Positions 53,698 to 64,000 of a DNA stretch of 64,000 bases are shown here, piece after piece. The DNA is from Raillietiella orientalis. Taxonomy: Eukaryota. The stretch's first letter is position 1, and each line of letters starts with the position of its first letter. The stretch is taken from the NCBI GenBank assembly GCA_036172245.1, contig JAYWIR010000010.1, positions 3,782,001 to 3,846,000 of the forward strand, read 5' to 3'. The position numbers and the translations under genes are program-made. Below the pieces are notes generated by a model, which was not told where the DNA came from, did no database searches, and saw only the letters and a program-made list of their open reading frames with translations.

Positions 53698-55099
53698 AAA
53701 CAAGGGATGTGGAAGACGATTGGGGAACAAAGAAACAGCGACAGATGGACCAGTTTCTTCTCCTCTTGATGTGACCCCCCAGATACAGCAAAGTGCATTC
53801 TGTAGAAGCAAATGCGCTAGCAGCAGCAGCAGCAGGAGAAGATTATCATAGGCTGCAGGTGTGTCAAATGGGAACGGATGAAAGACGATTCCTTGGCGAT
53901 GTTTGCTCGAGATAAAATATATATCTCGTGAGGGTGTCGATAACCATCCTGATAAGGAATCCGGGATTCAGCACGGATCACCGGAGCGCATTCGAGCTCC
54001 TCAGCTCCCGAATCGGGGGACGGGGACAGGCAGCAGCAGAAGAGGGAAGGTTCTCCCTTGCGGTCCACGGAAATTCCGCAAGGAATCGGCGGGCACACGC
54101 GCGTATACGCGGAAGTCACGGGAACCGCGCGATGGCGCAGGCGGCAGCGTAGACGCTTTGTTGGTTCCGACATCCATCCTTCCCGAATTCTCCGGGACTA
54201 CTGCGCGGAGGCGTTTCGGATGTTTCCATTGTCATCGCCCCGTATCCCGAGTGTCCAACGCAGGCCAGTCCGGGATAATGGATCGAAATGGCGATCCGAT
54301 CCATTATCTCGAGGAGACGGAACGGGGGGGGAGGAGGGCGGGAGGGTTGCTTGGACACGCTCCGAGGTGTCTGGTTCGCGAAGGATGATCGCAGGGTGGG
54401 AGTCGTCTCGCCTTTCCCCCTCCACCCCCATGCACCTCTGCGCCTTTTCCCGCTCACCTTCTCGCTGCCGAGCGCCGATGGAAACGAAAGCCGATACGAG
54501 AAGATCAGCACCGCACGATTTCGCGCCGCACGAGATGATCTTGTTGTTTTTGCTCTTCCTGCTTGTTTCCCCCTTGGAGATCTCGTTTCAAAGAGCGGAA
54601 CCCGCGCGCTCGCCGAGACCCGTGTGGAGGAGACAGAAGGGTTTCTCTGGGACACGGGATTTGCGCTGCCGCAAATGACTTTTATGGATGACTGTCCTTT
54701 CTGCCTCCTCTTCCTCCTTCTCCTGTTTACGCTTCGTGTTTAAGGAGATTCGCTGCCTTCCCCCCCCTTTTTTTTCCTTCTGTTTTTCGCCCTCGGCCAA
54801 GTTGCGACAGCATCCTTCCCGAATTGGAAGAAGCGACGGTGTGCTGGAAACATCCTTTGCCGTGGATTTCCGCGGTATCCTTGGGGCTCTGTTTAATCAG
54901 ATGGTACTCAGATTCGCGTGGAGATGCGCAGAAGAGCGCAAAGGGCAAAATAAAAATAAAAAAAAGTTCCCAAGATGTTGTCATCCTACCGCTGATCCTT
55001 GGGAGCTTCCTCGGTAAATATTTTCCCCGAGAGGAAGAGCTTTGGCTCTTTGTATGGAACATTAAATTGTTTAGATACGGCGGCGGAGGCGAGTGTTCA

Positions 55100-56100
55100 A
55101 CAAGGATGCTCGTTTCCAAGGAGAATCGGACAGCTTCTTGACCATCGAGAGTTTCCTGTTCTTGTTGCCGCGCGGGCAGGGTTACTGCTGCCGCTGTTGT
55201 TTTCCGCTCTTTGGACTCCTGGAGTTTGCTTCCAGATGCGTCTCGAAGGCGCGCGAGTTCTGGACTTCGGCGATGCGAGTCAGCCTCCGGAGGGACCGTC
55301 ATGCCATGAGTTCGGGCTGCAAGCCTCCCCTTTCATCCCTCTTTTGGAAGAGCAACCTTTTTCGGACGCGGGGAGATGCTCCGTCCACCCTGCTTACTCG
55401 CCCAGCAGCATCCGCTCGCTCGGGGTGATGGTGACTCAGGGGATGAGCCGGGGGCTGTGGTCACACCCGACGGGCTCTCCATGGTGAGGGAGAAGCCGCG
55501 AAGTTCTCTGAAGGGGAGAGGTTGGGAGAGTGAGAGAGGCACTGAGCTGAAGAGCGTTCCCAGGGCACACCAGATTCTGATACCGCGGTGTGACCAGGGA
55601 TGGCTGAGTTCCGATTCCCTCTGGCGCTGCTGCCGCATCCTGAAGCGGATTTGCGATAGCTTGGGCTCTGACACTCCCGTGGGGCACGTGGTCTGGGGCC
55701 TCTTTAAGAGATCCTTTTCGATTCCATAGAACGCGATGGTCACACGGCTCCGTCCTGGGCAGGTCGCGTGTGCGACCTGCGCTTGGAGGAGCTGAGGACC
55801 TGACATCGGCGCGCATCGTGCGTCATGCGTGTGGGCTCTGCGGGGAGAGGATGTTGCTCATCGCAAGGAAGAACGAAAGACCCTGAGGTGCTCCTTCCTC
55901 AGTATGCGCCCAGCAGAAAAGCACACATCTCACTCTGCTGCTGCTACTGCTTCAGCGGCTCCTGGGAACTCTTGTCGGCTTCTCCCCCTTTCATTGTCCC
56001 ACAGGGAGGAGCGTTCGGCTGTCGCGGAAGAGAGGAGGAACTCGAGAGGAAAAAGATCGCGCTCAACGCGTTATCTTGGCGGCCTGACCTCGTTCGGTGG
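55100..56100 (-). mobile_element. GC-rich decayed RTE-like RT remnant
   Basis: TMKGGEADK (cf. PIxKKGD), RVTIAFYGIEKDLLKRP (cf. IAFxDLEKAFDRVP) and GIRIWCALGTLF (cf. GVRQGCxLSPLLF) in RT order. Confidence 0.45.
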
Positions 56101-59100
56101 CATACGTGGTCAAGTGATCGCCTATCGTCCTCAAAGCAGTTGGGACCTTGAAGGCTGCTGACGGTTGCTGAGGATGCTGGTCAAGGAGAGGAGACAATCA
56201 TTCAGAAACGGTCCACGAAAAGTAAAAGAGGGTGAGGGGGTGAGGAAGGTGGGAGCTTGTTTTTGAGGGTTTGCCGCTCCGAGCTTTTCGTCTCATTTGC
56301 CGCCCTCTGCAGCCTCATCTCGTCCTTTTTTTTTTTTTTTCCATCCGCGTGGCCAAGCGAACAGCGAGAGGAAGGAAGGAAGGGGAGAGGGAAACGCTCG
56401 TGTCTCGAGAGCACGAGCGTGAACGAGCGTGCGCTCATGCACCCCTATGCGGTCCCTGCTTGCCCTTCCTTCCCCTTGTGCCTTTCAATAAGAAAGCTGC
56501 TGCTGCTGCTGCCTGATGCTCCGCCGGTCTTTCTCTCGTCTTCGCGTCCCTCCTCCTTCCTTTTGTGCGCGCGCTCCTCGGCGCGGCGTCTCGACCTGGC
56601 GGCGACTCCCGCGCGCTCCGTGCGCTCCCGCCCGACGTCTTCACAATGGATGCCGTCGCCGCGCCGTGGGTTGGCTCCCTTGCTGAATGCTCTTTTATTC
56701 CTCTTCCGCGGGTGTCCATCTTTAGGAACATGCATCCGCGACGGTTCCTGCCGTCTGCTCCTTTTTTCCCTCTTTATTTCTTTTTGCAGGAAAGATCGAG
56801 ACGGAGGAAGGCCTTTTTGTTACCGGCTCCCGCGCGGGAGAATGGGGGAACCCGGGCTATCTGTTTATCTCCCCCTCCTTCCCCCTTCCCTGCGTCTCTT
56901 TCCGTACGGACGAGGAGGATCGCGCGGCTGCGGCGGACGCCGGCAGCCCGGGAAGGAGCGCGGAACCAAGAGCGGAGGAGGCGGCAGCCGGCGGCACGAG
57001 GGCGCGCGGTCCTCCCGTCTGCCCGGAGGCGGAAGCGCTTCATCCCGCTCTTCCGCGTTCTTCCCCCTCCCCCCCTCCCTTCCGAGAATTTTGCCGCGCC
57101 GTCTCGAGTTCCTACGCGCGCGTGCGTTTCGGACGTGCTGAAGGAAGGAGGGGGAAGGGCGAACGTCACCCCGGGTGCTGTTCCGGCAGAGCGCCTGCGT
57201 ACATCCAGATAAGAAGGAAAAAGGGGTGGGCGGGAGGAGGAGGAGCCGAGTGGACCTTCGAGGGCCAGTCGCCGGCTCGCACGAGTAGGGTCCGGCGACG
57301 CCGCAGCCCCAGGGAAGAGGGTTGTCGGGGAAACCATCCGCAGGATATCTCTGGACTGCAGCCGCCGGCGTCGTCGGTCACAGGAGCCGAAGCCGGTAGC
57401 GCTCGGCGTCTTCAGAGGGAAAGGGGGTGAGGGAGCCATTAAACCGCCATTGAACGACCGGCAGGGGACGCTTGCCGCAGGGCGCCTTGGGTCCGACGAG
57501 AGAGCGCGCGCGCCCAAGGACGACGCCTCCGCCGCTGGTCCTCGCTCCACCGCATCCAGCATCTCCTCCCGACGTCCTTCTCCGTTCCTTCCCTTCCCCG
57601 GATGGACGGTTGAGGGCGATCCGTCGTTCGCGCCTCCTCCCCGCGCTAAACCGCAGGAGGAAAGCCGCTCCAGCTGTGGTCGCTCAGATCCGCCGCGCGT
57701 TTCCGACTCTCTTCGACCTCTCCCGCGGTGAGCTCCGGAGCGCCCTGGACCTTTACGAGGGCGCGTCGGCATCCGCCTCACTGCAGGCGCAGCCCGGGCT
57801 GCGATTTTTCTGAGGACCTCCTCCCTGGAAGGCACGCGCACGCCCGCCGCGGCTCCTCTGGTCACCTCGAGGTGCGGCTTCCCACATCCATTGGAGTTCG
57901 CTCTTGCTGGACCTTCTCCCCAGCTGCCCTCTGGACGGGCTCAGGCCGAGTGTTCCGGAGCCATCCGCCCCGCCTGGCGCGGACCAGTGCCGCTTCCCCC
58001 AGGAAGTTGTGCTGGCGGTGCCCGGCGATGAGCGTGCGATCCTCCGTCGCCACGATAGTAGCATCCCTGAGCTCCTTCCGCTCAATCTTCTGGACGCGAG
58101 CAGTTCAGCCGGAGTGTCTCACCGGAGTTCTCGAGATTTCTTTCGTCTCCGAAGTCCTCCTCCGTTCCTGGAGAAGGGCAGGAAGGGGGAAGGAGAGAGA
58201 AGGCGTCTCCTGAGCAACCTCTGGGTGTCGAGATAGGAGACTCTGCCAGCTCCCCCCCCCCCCCCCCGGCGCCAGCAGTAGATCGTGAGGCGGCAAGACT
58301 GGAAGGAGGCGGGCGATCCCTTCCACTACTCCCTTTTGGTACGGAGAGGCGCGCCTTTGGGAGGTTCATCCCGGACCTCGGAGCCTGGGACCTCTTCAGA
58401 GGAGAAAAAGACCACTCGTTCGCCTCCGGAGGGAAAGAAAGAGAAGATCGAGTCTCCCCTGGAGTCTCTTGTCCCGGCTCCAGGAGTCTTCACCGGAAGC
58501 AGACTCTTCTCCACGGCAACATCCGCGCACCTCGTTCTCCACCTCCGAAAGGAGATCTCCTCTTGCTCAGCGGCAGAGACTCGAAGCTCCAGTGAGTGAT
58601 CACGCCGCTAGAGGGCTTCCGACCGACTCGCGAGACTGACGTCCGACCCTGGGCGGGGGGCGAAAAGACGAAAGGTGGGAGCGTCCTCTCTCGCGCCCCC
58701 TAGAGCCCGTCCCTGCTGGCGGCAAACTCGCCTGGGGAAGTGGGAGTGACGCGCCGAGTTCGCCCGGCCAGCGCTAGGGGGGGGGGGGGTCGGCGGTTCC
58801 AAGGGAGACCGAAATCTTCCTCCCCTGCTGTATATGAGCACTTCTCGCTCTCGGAAGCGGCCGGACCGCCCTGAGAGGCAGAGCGGTGCTGCCTGTGCCT
58901 CAGGAGTGGGATCGGCCCTAAGAGAAGCCCACTGATGCTATGCTTCCCTTCCCCCTCACGGCAGCTCAAGTAGCCACCCCTGTGCTGCTGCTTCGTCGGG
59001 GAGAAAAGCCACGGCGTCGTGCCGGGAGCGGGGCAGTCGCCCCCGCAGTATCCTCTTGCAACCTGTGACTCGGAAGCAACCCCATCCGACCCGGGAGTCA

Positions 59101-59499
59101 AGCCGGGAACCTCGAGGGAGCGGCCCGGAACCCTCGGACTTCTCCCGTCGGGCATCTCTCCATCCGTCTTCCCTCCGGTCACGTGTCCGCACACGTCACC
59201 GCGACGCTGCAGGCGGGAGCCCGCCTTGCCTGGACTTCGTAGGAACTCCAGGCTTCCTGCTGGCACACCCCTTTGTTTGTGTGACGCAAACGAATGTTCC
59301 TAGCGTGACCCTCTCATCCCTGCATGCCGAAGGCCATTTTCTTAAAATAAATAAATGGGAAAGGGTCGGCCATCTGCCGAACCCGACCGAGGGCAGGAAG
59401 TAGGGAAGGAGCGAGAAGTGAGGGCCGGCCAATGGGGTAAAGAAACGAGTAGGGTGAGATGAGGGACCTGCAGCGTGGGGTTGGTGACCTGCCGGCTCG

Positions 59500-61800
59500 C
59501 CAGCACTGCGAGTCCGACGCTCAGTGGAGGGCGCTGAGTTTGGCAGACGAACAACCCGCGGACCCGAAGCCTCCTCTCGGTGTCCTGTAAGGGTGGATGT
59601 GGCTGCTCGGGATGCGTCTACCGGGACGGGCCGGCAAACGCCCTTCCTCCCCCTTCCTCTTCGCTGCCATCAGGCCGCCGCCATCTTGCTGGGCTCTTCC
59701 CCGACACGAGGAATGTCTCGCCTCAGCGGGCAGGCCTTCGAGGGTCCTCGATGCTGCGGAGTGGCGGAGTTTTTGCCCCACATGCTGCTGGAATGCTCCA
59801 GAGGCTGCGCAAGCGATGGAAGCACGCCGCGGAGATGTCTCTCCTTCCCGATACTTCCCGGTGAGAGGCCTTTCCGGGCGGCTGAGCGCTCGGGAAAAAT
59901 GACTGCCCGCAGGAGGCGATCCTTGGATCTTACGGGTCTCTCTGGTGGGGACTTGGACGCGACGTCAAAGAAGGGTGGATCGAGAAGAGTTCAAGAGCAG
60001 GGCGGAGAAGACCCCCCCTTCCGAGTGGAGATGAACCCAGGAGAACGGGATGGAGCAGGAGAGCGTCTTCTCCGGAGGTATCCACGGATGTCAGCTATCC
60101 CCTTTTCTGGACTCTGACCTCTCTTTCCCAGGGCGGCGCCGTCCTTCCTCCGCGAGGTCTTTCCGAGCTTCGGAGATCAGACAGCAGCTTCCGACCTCCC
60201 CTTCCGGGGTCGTCGACTCCAGGGTGGGTCCAGGGTGGTCTTCCACCCTGGTGGAAAGGGAATCGGGAGGGGGAAGTCGTCCGAGTGCAGAGAGAGTGTC
60301 CAGGATTCGAACCCAGTTCCGGAAAAAGGCAGGGCTCAAAAGCAGCAGCTTCCCTTTTCCTGGATCCGCACCAGGAAGTCCGACTAGAGAAAGTCTCCGT
60401 GGGCGGGGGTCCGAACGGGGTGCGATCGCCTTCGCGTTCTCTCCTCCTTTCGGCTTTCCGGGACATCCCGTTCCTCCGACTGGTGCACCGGGAGCTCTCG
60501 CTCCGAACGTCCTGCGGAGTCTCCGCCTCGCCGTTTTCACGGCGACCGGTCGGGGGTCAAGGCCCGCCTCGCCTTCCTACGGCCGACAGCACCGCGGAAG
60601 AGATGGACGTGTCGCCGCTGATCCGCCAACCATTCCCTCGTGCTCCTTGGCGCGCCCGGAGTTTGTTCTTCCCTCTCGTGGGGACCCTGCCTCCCACTAG
60701 CAACGACCCTGGGCGAGGAACGGCCTCTTCCTCCTGGCGACCACTCGTGCTTCCCCTATGCCCATTCGTCTTCCCCTCCACGTTCCTTCCTTGTCTCTTC
60801 GCGGCCTCCCGCTACCCGGAGATGTCTGCGCGGCTCCCACCGGCGAGGAGGAGGAGGAGGAGAAGGAAGGGGGGAGGAGGTGTCCGGCCCTCTGTTAAAA
60901 CGAGGGCCACCGGAAGAGATAGGAAGTACCAGATCACCGCTGGGCGAAAGGACGGCGTGTGGCAAGGTCAACGAGGCACGTGGGCGCCTCTCCACCCGTT
61001 CAGAGCGGCGGCAGCGCCGTCCTGTGGCCTTTCGCGTCACCCTGCGGGCGCAGCAGTGGTAGTCGGGAGAGGCGGAGTCGATCCCATCTCCCCCGTCTCT
61101 CCCGGTCCTTTCCTCGGTTTGCCCGGGCCACCTCCCGGGAAAAGTGCGCGCATGAGCTAGCTGGGGACCGACCGGGCCCAGCCTCGTTCTGCATCCCCCA
61201 AAGTGCTGGATTGTCCTCTCGGAAGTGCGCATCTCATTGCTTCCAGACTGCCCATCGCCTTCCCATCCCAGCATGTCCCCCGTCCCCCTTCCGCAGATGA
61301 GCAGGGAAAACTCACTGTTCCGTGCCTCTCCTTTTTTCCTTTTATTTTTTTCAGATCCTTCCTTTCAGATCCTCTGGCCTGATTGTGGGATGGTCCAGAT
61401 TGCTGCCATCCCGAGAGGAACACCCTTTCCTCGTCCCGTCCGGACGAAGAAGAGCTCACGGCTAGGGTCAGCTTCCTCCGCCAGAAGCCTCGACGGTTCA
61501 GGAGTCTCTGCAGCATCCCGGCATCTTCTACACGTGCCACGCCCATCGGGAAGAGATGCGGGCCTTCCTGCGATCTCGAGGGCGCGCTCGCATCCCCACC
61601 GAGGTCCTTTCCGCTGCCTTCAGCCCTCGATCTCTATGGAAGCTTGGAGGTCGATCCCCTCCTCGAGCGCTCCGGAGACGTCCATCTGCCTCCCCTCGAC
61701 AGGTACTTCCGCTGCTTTCGCGTCTCACCTGAAGAGGGGACTGCACATCCGAGTTCTGGCTTCCTCCCCAGAGACCTTCTCGGAGCTCCCTGCATCACCC
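59500..61800 (-). mobile_element. GC-rich decayed LINE (EN plus RT) remnant
   Basis: CSSRDGSNLDH and GSERK (~61350-61425, EN end motifs), followed downstream by FFRNWVRILDTLS (~60290-60328, cf. GVRQGDxLSP). Confidence 0.3.
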
Positions 61801-62922
61801 ACGGATGCCAAACAGCAGAAAGGAAAAAAAAGAAGGAAGAAAAGCAGCACAGATGGTCGCGCGATTCAGCTTCTCTCTTTAACTCAGCATGGAAAAATGC
61901 CCGCCGCGTTGCATGGCGAGAGGATCTCGAGCATCACAATCCGGGTTGCCGTCACCGATGCCAGTCTGACCCCCCCCCTCTTCCGCATCTCCAGCAGCGT
62001 CCGACTCTCTGCTCCCGCGCAGCTCCCTTCCCTTCCCTCCCTCCGTTCGGACGGAGGAGAATCCGCTCTGGATGGCAGGAGTCTGCGCTTCCGGAGCGCT
62101 CCCGCCCGACCTCCCGACGGGATCGAGTAGCAGCGTCGGACCGGAAGAAAGCGAAAGTGGCGGCAGGATGGGCAGGCGGCGCGCCGTTGCTCTTGCCCCT
62201 CCTCTCCCGGAGATAACAAAAGCACGCCGCCGCTCAAGGCGCTCTTTAACCCCTTTCTCCGTCCCGTCTCGAAGGACTCCATTCAGCCTGACTCCACCGT
62301 CCACCTCCAGCGGGGAAGTGATCCGCGCACTGACTAGCTCGCTCGCTCCAGATTCCAGGCGCGGACGCGAGAAGGTCGTTTGCTGGCGGGAAAAAAAAGA
62401 GATGGGAGGGAGGGGCCGCCCTCGTGGACCACGGGCTCCAGTCCCTTGTAGCTCTGGAAGGAGCAGAGGAGGATGTGCCCACCTCTCCTCCGCGTGCCTC
62501 CCGCCGGCATGACGGTGAGGCCGGCTGGCGACCTCTCGGCCGGAACCGCATGCGGACAGGTTCGATGTATTCGCAGCGTCGTCCTTGATAACACGCGGCG
62601 CCTCTCCCGCGATCCGGCAGTTCGAACGGGGTAGGCAGGGAGGCTGCGGGCAAGGCTCCCCTTCCAATTGGATTTCTCTTGTGTCCCCGAATTTGGTTCT
62701 TCTTCCGGCCTCGGCTCGTTGCGGAGGTGCCGAAGTGGGAGTGGCGCTCTGCCTGGCCCGCGAACCCCAAGGGAAGAAGGCAGTGGGAAGGGGGTGGAGA
62801 GAGGGGGGCGACCAGAAGTTTCGGTAAAGGGGTGGGAGGAAGAAATACCTTCCCGATCGGAGTCCCGGATGCCTTGTCTCCTTCCGGGGATGCGCGAGCG
62901 TGGGTGAGCGTGGGAACCGTCG

Positions 62923-62952
62923 GGAAGGAAGGAAGGAAGGAAGGAAGGAAGG
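62923..62952. repeat. (GGAA)n microsatellite
   Basis: About 7 perfect units. Confidence 0.95.
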
Positions 62953-63299
62953 GCGCAGGTGGTTGGGGAGCGCCAGGAGGCTCACGACCGCTGCGACCTC
63001 CGCGTCCGCACTCTTCGGAAATGCGCGGAAGAGTCTGCCTCCTGCCGGCCCGTCGTCCTCCTTCCTCCATCGATCGTCCTCCACATACGTCCTCGTGGCA
63101 AGCTTTCTCTCGCGCGGGCGGCGTGGGTGCTGCTGCTGCCGCCTGGGGAGGAAACCGGAAAGGAGCGGCGGCGGCGGCCGGCCGGCCGGTGACTTGGGAT
63201 CTGCGCGTGCGCAGATCTCGAGGTGCTGATGTCCAGCGAAGACGAAGAAAATGACGACAGGCGATGGCGAAATGAAACGACGTGATCACATTAATGCGG

Positions 63300-63470
63300 A
63301 CGCAAGGATGATGCTAATGATAATGACGGCCATGTGATAATGATGGGAATGGAACGCTGCTGCTGAGGACGTTGATCACGACGTGATGGTGATGCTGGTG
63401 ACGACGGGAACGACAGCGGTGCCACGACTGTGATGATTTGCTGACAGTGTGATGACGACGTTGATGAAAA
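63300..63470. repeat. Degenerate (GAT/GAC)n trinucleotide tract; a similar tract lies on the opposite strand at ~6810-7010
   Basis: Periodic GAT/GAC/GGT triplets with no long ORF. Confidence 0.6.
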
Positions 63471-64000
63471 AACATGCATAAGAAAGAAAGGGGGAAAAAA
63501 AAGATGGGAGAGGGAGACAGGGGTGGACGGCGGATTTTTTTTTCCGGAAAAAAAGGGAGAGGCGCTGCCCGTTGGCGTGGTCAGAGTCATTTTTTCACCC
63601 CTCCGGCTGAAGGCACGCATACCTTAGTGGACTCGTTATCGCTCCGGCCAATTATCTCTTAATTGCGTGTTCCGAAATCCAATTAATCCGCTCCCGGGCA
63701 CGACGATGCCAGGCAGATAATTTAAATTGGTGTCTGCCTGCCTCAGGTTGAGCTGGAGGGGGAGCTGCCGCGCATCCGCCCCCGTGGTAGCGGCGGCGGA
63801 TGTGCGCGCGCGCGTCCGCCCGCTGAGTTTGGCCGCCAGGTGCGTCTCGAATCTTCCGAGCGCACCTTCCTTCCCTTTCCTCCTCCTTCGTATCCAGTCC
63901 GTCCCTCCCTTCTCCCAGGATAAGCAGGGGGTCGGAATTCCGTCGGACAGCGCCGCCGGCGTACCTCCCCTTTCCCCCCCCTCCGGATCGGGTCGCCCGA

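Noticed and set aside
47900..63700. Many long overlapping ORFs of 200-400 aa (e.g. 49992-51200, 56774-57865, 61879-63084)
   Set aside because: Expected from stop-codon scarcity at high GC. They are R/P/S/G/A-rich on both strands, run through microsatellites and homopolymers, and contain no coherent domain.

Overview
Eukaryotic, animal (probably arthropod) genomic DNA in three compositional blocks. (1) About 1-14 kb is intermediate in GC and full of decayed non-LTR retrotransposon remnants: one RLE-type NeSL/Utopia-like C-terminus, several RTE-like pieces and a pogo-like MITE. (2) About 14-47 kb is AT-rich and holds four intact spliced genes that I reconstructed exon by exon: Pak3-like kinase (-), ZRANB2 (-; its N-terminal zinc fingers do not show in the ORF track), kinesin-8 KIF18A-like (+) and PDS5 (+). 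It also holds an orphan coiled-coil ORF and a 37-nt U2 snRNA fragment inside a local duplication. (3) About 47-64 kb is very GC- and CpG-rich, with no credible protein gene, only decayed LINE motifs and simple repeats. The most striking pattern is a miniaturised splicing regime. Of 34 predicted introns, 32 are 39-57 nt and 27 are 49 nt or shorter, and many lack a polypyrimidine tract. The resident splicing factor ZRANB2 appears to have lost its RS domain. Pak3 and KIF18 both carry perfect 14-bp 3'UTR hairpins. All gene models are manual predictions without transcript evidence.
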